DNA of 64,000 nucleotides from Podarcis tiliguerta (lineage: Eukaryota): NCBI GenBank assembly GCA_965153285.1, contig OZ229114.1. One strand, 5' to 3'. The position numbers were made by a program, and so were the translations under genes. Of this stretch, positions 24,289 to 38,984 are shown piece by piece (the stretch's first letter is position 1; each line of letters begins with the position of its first letter). Under the pieces are notes generated by a model, which worked only from the letters and a program-made list of their open reading frames with translations, did no database searches and had not been told where the DNA came from.

Positions 24289-27211
24289 ATTCATATGCAA
24301 TGTGTCAAGGTCATGCAGCCCATTTTATGTGGTTAACATGAAAGGAGACAGTTATGATGTAACTGTGTTGCAAGTTTTCCCCTCCTCATAAAGACAGTCA
24401 ATGAAAAAGTATGGCACAGGAAGTGTAAACATGCAGTGCAATGATATCACATGACTTTAGTTTACTAGATATTCCCAGGGTGGGAGGGAGAGAAGACTTA
24501 GGGGGTGGGGGTGGCACAAGGAACCAGAACCGAACTGTCAGGAAGTGAGAAAGGAAGATGTTTGAGGAAGAAGAAGGAAAAGCAGCTGTAAGGGGGGGTA
24601 TGTATGGTTGCTGCCCTCTCTATCCAATGACTCCACTGAGATGATCATGTTTGAGGTCCAATGTAAGGCAGAGCAAAGTGGAAATATTCAAGAGGGCAGA
24701 CCCCCCCACAAGAAGTGATAGAAAATATTAGTAAGGATCCTGTGGCCCACAGTGTCATAGGGATAGTGAGGTGGAACTAAGGAAGCCATATGAAGAACAG
24801 GAAACCCAGCACTTCTATTCCTCTCCCCAAACTGCATCTGCCTGTGATATTCTTTTCAGATAGGAGGATCGGAAAAAGGGGAAATAAGACTAACCTACCC
24901 GTTATCTGCTTGTGCAGTTTATTCTGAAGGAGTTTGGATGTTCTACTGAATGTAGCTATTTTCTCCCTCGAGTCAATCTTTAAGTGTGTTTTGAGTAAGC
25001 TGAATCCAATGGATTGTAAAATCGCTATTCTATACTACTGTTTATCTGTAAGATAATAATAGTAGGCTTTATAACAGCATAGTGAAAATTCAGAATCCCT
25101 CACTTAATCTCACCATAGTAGGAAAAAATATATAGGGCTCTAATAGTATGCCCAGTTCCATTATCTGCATCTCTTTGTTTCAATAAGATTTTAACTACCT
25201 AATTGTACCCAGGATTATAGCTTAAATGCAGGACATATTTGTCATGTTACATTTATTCTGACCTAGATTGAGTGGTTCTGTTGGTTAAAACCAGAAAGGA
25301 ATTGGTTCCAACTGCATGTGGTCTTTTTGACATATAAAGATAAGGGAAACAATTTTCAGCAGTTCAAGAAGCTGATAATAGCTTTCCCAGCAAATTCTAC
25401 TCCAGCATAACAACAATAATAAAGGAATAATAAATGGAGTATAATTTGAAGCAGACATGATCTCATGATCCTTACATCCATATGGCTAATAGCAGCACCA
25501 GATCAGTATTAACATTAAACCATTCCATGGCCAAATTTTATTCAATGTGCCAAACATCTGAAGAGTAACAATGTGCAAAAATGGCAATCATGAGGCAGAT
25601 GTTGGCTTGATGAAGTAGGGCAAGACAGGAAGAGAGGGGGAGAAAGAGGAATGGGTTTTCCACATAGCTAATGATTAGACTGAAGTTCCACAGGTGTGGC
25701 TTCTTTCATTATGTTTCAGTATTGGAAGGAGGGGAGAAACCATCTTGTGCTTGCTGGACTGTTGTTCACCTTCAGAGTCCTTAAAGGAAGAAAAGTTCTT
25801 TTTTGTGGTCTGAATGCTAGGAAGGCAGAGAAGAGGCAACAAACAGAATATCAAATTGCTCTGGTTAAAAAAAAAGTTACCAAAGATTTTATAACCCACA
25901 ATTTCTCCTTCTCCTTTATTCATTAAAAAGGAAAATAATGTTGGCTGCAGCTAAGAGTTCAGCCTCATCGTGATGGATTTGATCCAGAGAAAAGCCTGCA
26001 GAAGAAGACTTGTGGAAGATGACTTTCCTCCACCAGAACTTCCTCTCCCTAGGGTGAAAGGACCCTGCTGAATGGGTCAGGCTGAAGGGAACACCTGAAA
26101 ATTGGACACAACTACCATGAGTGGAAGCTATGTTCACATCTTTCTGGAAGTGCCCTTTCCCATTCAGCCTCCTGTGCAACAGGCCCATTGCATTCAGTAA
26201 GTGTCCCCTGAACCTTGGAAGAAGTTCTTTTGGGGGGGGGGCGGGGGGAGCTGTCAGGTTCAGGAGGGAACAGGAAAGTCAGCTTCTGCCAATCCACTCC
26301 TACAACCTTTTCTCTGGATCCAACCAATATGCTTGAAGCTAGAACTTAATTATCTCTCCCTAAGCATAAAAACTGATTCTGGTTTGCTGGTGGGAGTAGG
26401 GGGAAGAGGGAAAATCAAGCTTAGCTTCTCAGCTTGTGGTAGAAAACTGTGAATACACTATAATGCCCCCCATCAACATAGCTGAAGGCAATATGGAACT
26501 GTCTATGTTTGTTTTATTTAACTTGCTGTAAACAATCTTCTCCACCCAAAGTGGTATAAAATGAACACTTTACACCAACAGCTTTGTTTCAGTGCAAACC
26601 AAACAGCATGAATGTAAACCAATTGAGGAAACAAGCAAAGGCACAAAGAGAAGTAGAGTACAACTTTAAAACATGTAGTCCAGTGTGCAGTCACACAGAA
26701 CCCTTGGAACTTAATATCTGCTACCAGCTAGATGATTATTTTAAGCTCCGACTCAATGTCCATTTTAGCGTCATCTACTTATAGCATTCCCTTTTTCTTT
26801 GCAAACCAGACCAATTTTTCTCCTCAACTGATAGCCAACCACTTTCAAGACTGGTTGGTTTTGCTTTAGGACATGGCTACTTACCTGTTGCTTAATCCAA
26901 TATACTGAATACGAAAATAAGGCAATGCTCCAAAAGGATTGCTTTGTGCTGTGATGATGGCTGAGTTTGGTAGTGTCGTGTGGAATTATTTGTGAGTTAA
27001 GTCCCAAACACATACTCCCCAGTAGCTTAAATCAGAATGGTCAACGGTAAATTCACAACTAGACTGAATACTTTAGTCTCAAATAGTTCCCCCCACCCCT
27101 GCTTAAAGGCTGCTCAAAGTAAGAGGCTGATGCCCCCCCCCCCAGCTGCTAATCTGGAGATCTACAGGTCCTTGAGATCTACAGGTATAGGGTGGCATAC
27201 AAATTTAACAA

Positions 27212-27246
<35 letters not shown>

Positions 27247-27247
27247 A
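27212..27247. repeat. (GAT)n microsatellite
   Basis: Direct read. Confidence 0.95.
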
Positions 27248-28795
27248 ATTCCAAGTGCAAGGCAATGCATAAGACTGCATGTAATATCAAGGTCATTTTC
27301 ACATGGCCTAATTCATCCTAATTTGTATGTAATAATTTGCAGGGAGGTTTATTCAATGTCCACACGTTACCAAGTATTAATTCTGATGATCAGGAAATAA
27401 ACACACGTGTCAGCTAAGCTTCTAAAGAAACACACCAGCATAACACTGTAGCATCTTTAATTTTAATAAGTATTTGCTGATAGTATTTTTTTCATCTTTG
27501 TTAATACAATTCATGGGTATTTGGAATTGCAGGTTTGGGGGCACTGCCGTGAACAAGAATGTATGAATGAATGGGTTCTCAAATCTCAACCAAAACTGAG
27601 AACATGGCACTGCAATTTGGTGTCTCATATGCATGGATGGGTTTGGACAGACCCAGCCTATACGCTTCAGCAGAAATGTAAAGTACAGTTCTTGCACTTC
27701 CAGAAGCCCAAGAGAAACAGTTACTGAAGATTATCTGTGTTTTGCATCTTAGCCAGTAATCTTGCACTCAGTCCCACACATTTAAATCCCTCTGAAAGCA
27801 GTGGGAATTAAGTGTCAGTAACTGAGTACAGGACTGCAATCTTTCTCTATAGCACAGCTTTAAAATATCCTTGACAGGCATTATCTTAATGTGCCATCAA
27901 AGAAAATTAGATTTTGTCTTAAATAGAACTGTGGTGCTGCATTGTGTAGGATTAGTTCAATGAGGGGTGGGAGGGGAACAGGGACTAGCAAAACAGATAA
28001 TGCAGTTTGCAACAAATTATTATTTGCAAAAAGTGCCTCTCCCAGGCGGAGATTATTTTAAGTGCCGTTTGTATGTGACAAAGGAATATTTTTAAACAAG
28101 ATAAAAATTACTGTTGTTGACAGGCAGATCCCAACTATATCCACAAGGGCAAAGACAGAATGTACCACAGTACTCACATTAATTGAGATGTATATATGTA
28201 CAAAGATAATTTCCGGCTGCAGTATTTAGACGCAGGGTTGTAACCAGTTCCTGGAATTATAATGACAGCCATTACCTGTACCTTTTACAGAGATTCTGTT
28301 GTCAATATTGACAACCACTGGAACCAATGCAGGAAACAGGATTTTTACAGGTTTGTCATAGGGCTAGAGCAGTAATTTAAATATGTTCTCCCACTGCCCG
28401 GGCACACCAGCTCCGACAAGCTTGGCACTGTTCCCTTTGCTCAGGAGACAATGCAAACAACTCATGGGGAACTGAAGCCCAGCAAGGGAAGAGTGACTTT
28501 TGGCCTTTCCCCCCAAGCCTTGCCTCCTTGCTTTCCATGTCCAGACACAATGCCAACTTCCAAAGCACTACAACAAGCTCAAGATGAGAAACCTGAAAGT
28601 TTCTGTCATCAGTACCCCATGCTTTTCACCTTTCCTGACACAAAATTATGTGGCCCAGTGTTACTGTCATAAGTGAAACTGCAATCCCATATGTACTGTA
28701 GATTCTGTAGGGACTTTCTCTCAATTAGAAAAGGCATAGGGAATGCTGGCAACGTTTTACTAGGGTGGGGAAGACCCCTTGAAATCAATTGACTT

Positions 28796-28943
28796 CAGTG
28801 GCGTAGCGTGGGTTGTCAGCACCCGGGGCAAGGCAGGTAATTTGTGCCCCCCAACCTGTGGATTTGCGTCCACCTCCCCCTAACCCCCAGATGTTGCGCC
28901 CGGTGCGGCCGGCCCCCCCTGCACCCCCCACGCTACACCACTG
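28796..28943 (-). mobile_element. Same GC-rich hAT MITE family, opposite orientation
   Basis: Reverse complement of the 24123 element. 8-bp TSD attgactt. Confidence 0.92.
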
Positions 28944-31143
28944 ATTGACTTTAATAACAAGTCCATTTATCTCTAAGGGTCTTAAATTCCAGAACCACTG
29001 GAATTTATTTATTAATATATTCTTAGAATTTTATAAAGTTATGTTCTTTGATAGCAATGCAACCTCAGCCGTAAATAAATTTCTTAACTACCACAGTTCA
29101 GCACAACCACCATCCATCTAACAAAATATGCTATTCCCTGTTGCCCATTTCCTCTCTCTCAGTCCACTGAAACCATTATTAGGGTTGGATTTTCCATACA
29201 CAGTAGTTACTGAAAATTTACATTCCAGTACATAGGATTAGTTTATAATACTATACATTACTACTGCTGGTAGTTCAGCAGTTCATAGGCCAATGGGGGA
29301 GGGGGGGGACAAGACCCTGCATCTTGGGTGACCTGTAGTCTTTGAGCTACACAATTACACAAAAAGCCAGCTATCATTATGCTCTCTTCACTTTTCTGAT
29401 GATCTGATAGTATCACACACTTCAGAACAATTCCTCTTAAAATGATTACTTTTCTGAAATTATATTCCTCGGTTTTTCACATATGAAATTGTCTACAATA
29501 CATCTTCCATAAACTATGCAGGTTAGGTTTCCCATGTAGTGTTTGAGCATGGGAAATGTGAATCAGTTACCAGTTATCAGCCTATAACAACATAAACCTA
29601 GGTCTTCAGGCTAAGATACTGACAGTCCTTTGCAGCACTGCACACCCGGTTTACCTTTTTCATCTGTATATCTGAAATTCACATCAACAGATGTCAGATA
29701 GTGCCAATCATATAGACACAATTCAGATTAAATCCCTTTCAGGAATATTTCATGCAATGGAATGGCTCTGTATCACTTGTAAGTAAATCCTGAATGCAGG
29801 AATTAAAGTTGGAAACAAAACAGCTACATGGTCAAAAACTCTACCAAAAAGTAAACAAATAGACATAAAAAGGTGAATAAGTATGTTGTATCTTGAGCTA
29901 CTAACCTTGTGGTTTTGGCACAAGTTGATACCAGTCTTAAATGAGGTGCAAATATTCTCAGGTGTGTATGGTGGTTACCTCTTAACTCTCATTATTTCTA
30001 AATGGCATTGTTTGTGTAATTGCTGCTGCTGCTTCTTCCAAAAGGGTAATAATAGATTAGCTACAGTTTAAAATGCTAAAATGTAATGACAATAAAATCT
30101 TTGATTTTCACCCCTGCTGTCTTTTACACTCACAGAAAATGAAAGTCAATTCTGATGTAGGTGAGACCACACTATAGATTTATCTAATAATGTATACTGA
30201 AGCAGATGAAAATATTTCAGATGTGCCTAAGGTTATGAAGATATAAATCATGTGGAACTACGCTGATGTAGTAAGCCATTTTCCCTTAATGGTTTTCTAT
30301 ATTTTATTGCCCTAATAAAATCCATCACCTATCAACCTAAGAACTCTAGCCATATACCCTAAGGTTACTCTCAATTAACACATGCACACATGGCTAAACT
30401 AAATTTCAGTCATTCTAAGCTTGCAACACAAACGGAGAGGCAGAAACATGATCAGAGAATAGAACTGGGGAAAATATATAGACTATATGCACATGAAAGT
30501 TTAAGCACACAAACATATTTTATCCAGAGTCAGAGGCTCACTTTTTCTGAAGCATCTTGTGTGCGAATTAAGATTCCCAAATAAATTACATGCACCTTCA
30601 ATCAGTTGTAAAGGAGAAAGTGCACATGGGCTGGCACAACACTACCATTTGGGATATAAGAAGTGCTAGAATACAACGGAATATTCAAGTGGAAGCCTTG
30701 GAAAGAGACATGGATGAACCATTATCTGCTGTTTTCCAACTGTGTCTCTCTATCTTGCTTCCTTCATTTAAAAAAACGGGGAAAGGAGCTTCTGTCAAGT
30801 AAACTCTAGAGGAGGAAACACAGTGCTATCCCCTCCACAACCTCAGCATTAAAAAGATGTGTGGAGGGAGCATACTTTCACTTAACATAGTGATACAGTT
30901 TGAGCTAGTCCTTCATGTGTCAATTGTGGCATGTATGTTTCCAAATATATGTGAGCAGAAGCATAATATTTTCCTAATCCTCCATGCATATGCATTTGGA
31001 AGAGGAAACTAGTGACCTTCATATTTATGACCATAAGACATGTAATTTGAAGTTGGGTATCTGAACTGTAATCTAAAATGGCTCATAAGCAGTAGTTCCT
31101 CTACAATACTTCGTTAAACAGTGACACTTATAGAATAATATTA

Positions 31144-31384
31144 CAGTGGTACCTTGGTTCTCCAATTTAATCCGTTCCAGGAGTCTGTTCAACTCCCGAA
31201 ACCATTCAAAAACCAAGGCATGGCTTCCGATTGGCTGCAGGAGCTTCCAGCACTCAAACGGAAGCTGTGTTGGACGTTCGGCTTCTGAAAAACCTTCGCA
31301 AACCGGAAACTTACGTCTGGGTTTGTGGCGTTCGGGAGCTGATTTGTTCGACAACTATGCCATTAGAGAACCAAGGCACCACTG
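31144..31384. mobile_element. Tigger/pogo-like (Tc1/mariner) MITE
   Basis: TIR cagtggtaccttggttctc / gagaaccaaggcaccactg flanked by TA. Confidence 0.88.
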
Positions 31385-32851
31385 TAATTACATGTAGCAA
31401 GAATTATATCTATATCTATCTATCTATGGATGGTAGATTGAGGGAGAGACATGAACACCTACCTCACAGAGAATCATTTAGTCCAAGTACCAGATTTTTT
31501 TTCACTCTTAAGTAAAGGCCCAGGTAATATACATTTCTGATAAATGCTGACACATATGCATCCACCAATTATTTGAACAAAGGGCATTTTGCTATGTGTC
31601 AATGTGATACAGCTCTTTCAATGAAGAGAGAAATGATGCAATACTGTTTTATGCAATTTATACATAATTTCAGCTCCACATCAGCCCAGAGCAGTCTGCA
31701 AACCAAATGCATCACAGAAACTAACCTTTCTACAAGATGTGCCAGGAATACAGACAGGAAGAAGACAACATTATGCCCATAGGAAAGTTATAATTTTCAA
31801 AAGGCCTTAGGATGCCTTTTATCCAGAGCCTTCCCACTTCTGGAGTCAGGCTATGATACGAAAAGCCCCAATGAACTGGTCATAATCACTAAGCCCATTT
31901 CAGTGCTCTCAGCAAGTAGCACAGCTGCAGCCATTCTGACAAATTTTATTCATTTCCTTGTTTAGAAGGGAAGGCTCCAACATTCATAGAAACTTCCTAA
32001 ATGCTTCCAACAACCGAAAAACTGCCTAAAGGCTCAAAGCACAGGATTTTAGAAATTATTTCCTGTGGTGTTTCAATCTATTTTGTCATTAGCTGAAAGA
32101 AAGAAGCTCTTGAGGGGAACCTTGGGAAGAAGAGACCACTTAAATGAGTCTGTCAAAGGTTCAGTTAGCAAATAGCAATGTGCTTCAATTCTTTGCTATA
32201 TGTATCTGAACATACACACACAATCAAAAGGCATTATTTTTCCTACCTATGCTTTTTCTGACCTGATGATAGAGGTTGCCCACTTTTGTTCATTTTCTGC
32301 TGCTTGTAACAGTACTCTGTGTAGACTTGCAGTAGCTGATGTAAAAATGCATCCAATAAAAAGAAACACTCCATTGACCAACAGCTTCTTACTTGGGACT
32401 CAGCTAGACTGGTAAAGAAAAAGCTATTTATGTGTGTTGTATGTGCGATATAACATTGTGCCACCAGATGGTGACATGGAGTCCTGTTTTCTCTACCTGT
32501 TTTCCCTGTTTAAATTTACAATGCTCTGAACTGAAACGCTTCTTTGATGTGTCCAGATCCAGCCTTGGTGTCTGAAATGCTGTGTCTTTTTCTTGCTTCT
32601 AACATTTTTACAGAAGGGCATATAATTAAAACTGTATGTGGCTACTAAAAAGAGAATTTTGCTCACAACAGATCCTGAAAAGTTGGCCTCAAAAGTAATA
32701 GCATGGTACTTGCTGTCAAACATATAGCACATAATTTCAGTGTCTCAAAACAGTTTTGTCTTCATATATATGATAAACCAGATTTTTTGCTTTGTGATGG
32801 CCACTTGACACCTCTTTTCAATACAAGTAGAAGCAATAAAGTTTCTTATTA

Positions 32852-33081
32852 CAGTGGCACCTCGGGTTACAAACACTTCGGGTTACATACGCTTCAAGTT
32901 CCAGACTCCAATAACCCAGAAGTAGTACCTTGGGTTAAGAACTTTATCTCAGGACGAGAACAGAAATTGTGCGGTGGCAGCAGGAGGCCCCATTAGCTAA
33001 AGTTAACCCCAGATTAAGAACAGTTTCAGGTTAAGAACGGATCTCCAGAACGAATTAAGTTCTTAACCAGAGGTACCACTG
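32852..33081 (+). mobile_element. Tigger/pogo-like MITE
   Basis: cagtggcacctc...gaggtaccactg, TA TSD. Similar to the 36741 copy. Confidence 0.88.
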
Positions 33082-33944
33082 TATACTGGTCCTCTGGTAT
33101 TGCTAATGTGTTGCCTCATCACATGGGTATAGCAGTAAGTTGTAGCACAGCATAGTTGCCCTATTGTTATTTTTTGGGTTGTTGTGATCTAAATCAGGCA
33201 TAGAAGGGACATGTGAATACAAGAGAATCTACTTCCAATATCTTTCATAACACACATGGAACATTTTACTAGTAGAATAAATGCTTACATTTTTCATACA
33301 TCATTGAGTTGTGGTCGAAATCTATCATTTCTCCAGCTATATGACTCTTCTTCCTAGCTGAGATGAAGCAGGCTATTTCTATTTTCACAGAATCTACTGC
33401 TAAAATATACACCTAGTAAACTTGCAACTTGCATAAGAAACTTGAGGAAGGGGAAAGGAAGACACTAGAACATAAGGGTACATAGATATGTAAGTTATGC
33501 ATCCAGCATGTGGAGTATAAGAATCACACATTATGAAAGAAAATAGTTATTTTAAATTACCTTATAAAATATAAGGTACAAGGTGGTTATTTAAAAAATC
33601 ATTATGTTTTTTAATCATTAAGTGGAGAATAGGCTGATTCTGGTTCATGCATACACCCACACCCACACCTATGCACACCCACAAACTCTTGGGTTTGAGA
33701 GAGAGGAAAAAATAGGTACTTCCCATAATGCTGCTGAAATAGTTTTATTACTTAAATAAAGCTACAGATACGAAGGCCTGGGGGGAAAACCGGAAAAATT
33801 TGGGATGGATCCTGTTCTGCCCCCACCCTGGGCCTTTACATCTCTATATAAAGCAAAGACTTCCCTAAGGAACGAGACAAAGAAGAAAAGATTATGCTAT
33901 TTACAGGTACCACAAGGTATTCTACAGCAATGAATTAACTACAA

Positions 33945-34588
33945 AAGTGGTTTTCAATCAGTGTGCCATGGCACCTGGGGTGCCTTGAATGATGTTCAGG
34001 GGGTGCCGTGGGCAGCATGGGCGTAGCCAGGATTATTGTTAGGGGAGACAGGACTTTGGGGGGGGCAGGACATTTGTTAGGGAGGGTAGAACCAGCGTGA
34101 CTGGTCAGTTAGTTAAATATTTCTATTGTTTTACTTGATCTAGGGGGGCAGCTGTCCACCCGGCTACACACATGACGGATAACACTGGCTTCGAGCCCTC
34201 TTTTCTTCCCTGCCTCTGATGTCCACTCACAGAGTCTTGAGTGGCTGTTTGTTGCAGCAGCCCTGGCTACAAGCTCCACAGGCAAATAGTGACTCTGCGG
34301 CTGGCCAGTGGGTGCTTCCCAGGCCCCTGTGGGGCAGTGAGGAGGCACCTCTCTTTGGACCAGGGGTCTCAGAGACCAGGGGTGGCAGCAGTGGCTGCCT
34401 GGAGAACGCCCAAGGAGAGGGGAGAGGAGGGAACACATCACAAGGGAGGGAGTTCGAAAAGTGATGAGGGGCTGCTGGCTCTGTAGGCAAGGGGTGACAT
34501 AACTGGGCTCCTGAGCCCCACAGGGGTGCTGCATAAAAAATATAGTTGGTCAAGGGAGCCGTGGATCCAAAAAGGTTGAAAACCTCTG
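33945..34588. mobile_element. Non-autonomous hAT (Charlie-like) element carrying a nested MITE
   Basis: Ends (a)agtggttttcaa / ttgaaaacctctg. 8-bp TSD aactacaa at 33937-33944 and 34589-34596. Confidence 0.8.
34016..34174. mobile_element. Nested hAT-type MITE
   Basis: TIR catgggcgtagcc / ggctacacacatg. TSD is degraded. Confidence 0.65.
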
Positions 34589-35546
34589 AACTACAACATT
34601 GTTGTAATCCTGGGTGACAAGTTTTCCTTGTACATTAAATACGGAAACGCACCACACAAAAAATTGATTCTTTAGAACAAGAAACGTTCCTTTACAAAAA
34701 ATAAACATAAAGAATAAAACTGGCAGCTGCATTGCGTGTCTATTTGCCAAAGCATTATTACATGCTTCACCATCCACTTATATTGCAAAGCAATCAATCA
34801 AAAACTGTAGAACAATGTTTTGTAATAAAAGGTTTTGGAGGATGATTTTTTTAAAAAAACCAATCCACTAAGATCAAAGATTTGTCTTTATTAATGTTTG
34901 TAGTATTAGAGAAGTAAGCTCACCCAGACTGGGGCTCTAATTTTGTCCTAATCTTGCTGGGTATGGCTATTTCTAGGCTGTCTGACTCTCTCAATCTCAG
35001 TTACCGTACTTTTCTTTTGGTTGATATAAGTGTTTTCCTAAATCACAACAGCTGGCTGGAACAGCCCCTGCCCTTCCCTCTTTTCTCTTCAACTTTCCCT
35101 TAAAGTATAATGATTTTTAAATCCTTCCAGGCTTGAAGCCCAGTAAGCAGTAAAGCACTAAAGCCTGTCACAAAGTGATGTTTACTCCTCCAAGCTATTA
35201 TTTTTTTCATATAAAACTCCTATGGAAAAAAAAACCCCTCTAATACTTGTTATAGTAAGAGGAGGATTTGGAGCTCTTATGAAGGGTACTTTGTGGAAAC
35301 TAAGCTAGACAACTGGCATGATATTTCATTCTTTGTTCACCTTTTAAGTGGAAAGAAATGTCATAACATGTTCCGGATTGAAATTGGGACTTTTTCTTTA
35401 CCTGACTTGAAATATATTGAAGAGAAGTTTGGCTTTTTCAGCCTTGAGGGACAATAGACAATGTTTCCTACCGAATTATAAAGATAACCACAGTGACCAT
35501 TAAAGATGAACTCTATGATATAATCTACTTATTGTTCATACTCTCT

Positions 35547-35908
35547 AAAGGTAAAGGGACCCCTGACCATTAAGTCCAGTCGCGGACGACTCTGGGGTTG
35601 CGGCGCTCATCTTGCTTTACAGGCCGAGGGAGCTGGCATTTGTCCGCAGACAGTTTTTCCGGGTCATGTGACCAGCATGACTAAGCCGCTTCTGTCGAAC
35701 CAGAGCAGCGCATGGAAACGCCGTTTACCTTCCCGCCAGAGCAGTACCTCTTTATCTACTTGCACTTGACATGCTTTTGAACTGCTAGGTTGGCAGGAGC
35801 AGGGACCGAGCAATGGGAGCTTACCCCGTCGCAGGGATTTGAACCGCTGACCTTCTGATCGGCAAGCCCTAGGCTCTGTGGTTTAGACCACAGCACCACC
35901 TGCGTCCC
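35547..35908 (-). mobile_element. Sauria SINE, full length, second subfamily
   Basis: Reverse-complement head GGGACGCAGGTGGTGCTG and tail AATGGTCAGGGGTCCCTTTACCTTT. Confidence 0.9.
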
Positions 35909-35925
35909 TCTCTCAAACACTTTAA

Positions 35926-35961
35926 ACTTCTCTAGATTGTGCCACTTCTCTAGATTGTGCC
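35926..35961. repeat. Perfect 18-bp tandem duplication acttctctagattgtgcc
   Basis: Direct read. Confidence 0.9.
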
Positions 35962-36740
35962 AACAGGTCAATGTAAGATTTTACTTTATACAAGTGACAT
36001 GTATTCTTACATATCAGATAGTTGTAAAGTTAAGTCAGCTAGATAAGCTGCTTGCAATTCTGACAGCATCCTTTAAATGACTATTTGAGTTGTTATAATT
36101 CTTGAATACTATCTTTTTGCAAAAAAAAATTAGTCCTTTTCAATCTCATTTTATAAAATAACCCAGCAATTATTTACATCTACATTTGAAAATGTTCTGA
36201 AATCCTGTTCCACTGTATTTGATCTCTATTTTCTGTATAGTACTTTGAGATTCTTTTGAGTATAAAGTGATTAAGAAATTTTCTAAATAAATTGAATAAC
36301 TACCACCAACAAGTTGCCTTCCATTCTCAATAACAAAATCCTATCTCATTGATCAAAATCGTATGTTATTTTCATCACAGCATGCTGCAAAGAACAAGCC
36401 ACCCATGGTGAATGATCTCTGCCCCAGTTGTAATATCTAAACTGCTTACCATGGTGTAATCACAGTGAGAGTATCCATGATCTTTCCAGTGGAGTGGTTG
36501 CTAAGAAAGTACCCCCATGAAGGCCAGGTATAACTTTTACAACGAGAGGCAAAGCCACTTTCCACTAGGAAACTGCTCAGAGGCATCCTCAGAGACACAG
36601 AATGTCTTCTTAAAAAAGGTGTTGTTCTTCCCTGCACTTCCAGAAGCAGATGCCACAAACTAGTTATGCCAGAAACAGTTGTGCTAATAATTATGAGCAA
36701 GGTAAAGTAGAAACCAAAGGTCACAACAACACATTGAGTA

Positions 36741-36955
36741 CAGTGGTACCTTGGGTTACAGACGCTTCAGGTTACAGACTCCGCTAACCCAGAAATAGTA
36801 CCTCGGGTTAAGAACTTTGCTTCAGGATGAGAACATAAATTGTGCGGCAGCAGCAGGAGGCCCCACTAGCTAAAGTGGTGCCTCAGGTTAAAAACAGTTT
36901 CAGGTTAAGAACGGACCTCCAGAACAAATTAAGTTCTTAACCCAAGGTACCACTG
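36741..36955 (+). mobile_element. Tigger/pogo-like MITE
   Basis: TIR cagtggtaccttgggtta / taacccaaggtaccactg, TA TSD. Confidence 0.9.
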
Positions 36956-38984
36956 TACAAAAACTGGAGGCATGCCCAGTTGTTGATGCCTATTGGAATT
37001 AATGGACCTAACCTATGTTCACTCATTTCAACAGGTCAAATTTAGTTGAATTCCACCCTGTGCTGCCAATCACAACTTTTTCACTCATCCTTTCAGCTGA
37101 GTTCTGCGATAATCGGCTTATTTCAGAATATGGAGTAATCTTATGAAAGTTAAGGGATGGCATGCTCAATTTGGTGTATCTGCAAGCCTCGGAAGCTACT
37201 TTTTTATTCCTTTTCTTGGTATCAAGGAGTAGACAATCATTTTGTCAAAGAGCAGAGATGCTTGGATGTGCCCTTGCTCAGTTTCTCTTGCTGTCTGGAT
37301 ATGTCTGCATTGAAAGGTTTGGATTTTGTTCAGAATTCACATGTTTTTGTTATCTGCTTTAGGAGAGGGAGGAAGTCAGGAATAAATACTGTTACACACC
37401 CAGCTCAGATTTGTCTAGACTGCCCCATTCTCACGTTTACCATGGCCATACAAGACCAACTGCTCTGTGTGAGAATACCAAGAAAGGGAAGGAGGAAGAT
37501 AAATACACACCATCATAATAACTCCTGTTTGTGAGCATCTTGAGCTGCTTTGGGGGCTCTAATCCAAAAGTGATACAAATCAAATAAGCGAAATAAGCGA
37601 ATAACAGATAAAGGCCATCTTGAGCCTGTTTTCTTATGGTGGTAATGGTGAAGGAAGATGAAATGGTTGAATTTTCCTTCACCATTGGAAGGAATCCTAG
37701 ATTCGTAGCATAGAATCATAGCATAGATTTCCAGGTGAGAGCTGGGCAAAAGTTCACTCGTCTGTGTGTGGAATAAAGATATAAGAAGCTTAGTATTAAT
37801 AAACTCACCCCTCCTTCTTTCTTTTTCTCTTTTTTTGGTTTCTTTCCTTTCCTTTTAAGATTCGTTTGGCTTTTATTGTATTTTAAGTGGAAAACTTTTT
37901 AAAATAATGACAAAAAACCTTTCCCATGTGAAGCTGCCTCTCCTGGACTTTTGCTTTCTTACAGCAGATGTAACAAAACTTGTAAATATAAATACTGTGT
38001 GCTTCTTTTAGTTTCCAGAAGCACAGGCAATTTGATGATTCTTTGACAAACATCTGCAGAATTCTTTAATTTATCAGATGTGTAGGTTCATGTGCTTTTT
38101 ATATTAATTACCAGTATTTAGGATTCTGAAAGGTATAACTTAACATTTCCGGACTTTGAACCTCAGTTACTTTCCACTTAGCAGCATTACTGTTCAAACA
38201 GAATGCAACTAAACCAGATTCAAAGATGTGCCAAGGGAGCAAGAATCATATTAATCAATGAAGTGACCCTTGTTCACCACTGTGTAGCCTACAACAGCAA
38301 TTAGTCTTAGCAGTGGGTAGCTGGGAAAACCAGGAAAGAGGCACAATCGTACAGGACTTCCCTCCACCATCTCCCAAGGGGAAAGCTTTCTATCAAACCC
38401 ACAATATACTTAAAGGAGACTTCTACTAAGCTCCAAAAGATCTGGTTTCAGAAACAGGTCAGTCAATCATGATATCCCATTTCTCATTCGCTACTCTCAA
38501 CAGAACTTAAGAATTCCTTATTTGCTCTGTACAAACTCACTGAAACAGGATATTCTCTCTCATGTATCAGTCCTATGTTTATACTACACACAGCTGTGCT
38601 TATAGGAGCATTGTGTTTTTTAACTGAGAACATATTTATAAAACTTTAAGTGTTACCTTTCCAGGAATCGCTCAGAGTTTAGGAGCTTGAACCATTTAAG
38701 ACATTTTCCAAATTGCTCTCTACAAACTGATCTTACAGTGACCTTCTAACACCCCAGTCCTAAGCATGTGGTGGGTCCTAAACAGTGGGTCCTAGACACA
38801 AAGGGGAGTGGCCTTTGGGTTCACATGCTTCTTCAGGTAAGGGAGCTCATAAAAGACGCTTAGAAGATAACATCTGAACCAAGAATTCCCACCATGCATC
38901 TGAATGGAGTCCTTCTCCCAAATCCACTTGGGGGAACCGTGGGACGTCTTGGTACACTTAGTAAGAGAAGAGGAGAGAAAGCAT

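Noticed and set aside
25930-26230. Possible L1/Tx1 ORF2 zinc-knuckle remnant (FWKCP)
   Set aside because: Single short motif in frameshifted sequence, not supportable without a search.
27037-27400. Poly-Asp and poly-Met ORFs
   Set aside because: Translations of the (GAT)n microsatellite.
34109-34553. Cluster of 81-141 aa ORFs
   Set aside because: GC-rich interior of a non-autonomous hAT element, with no transposase motifs.
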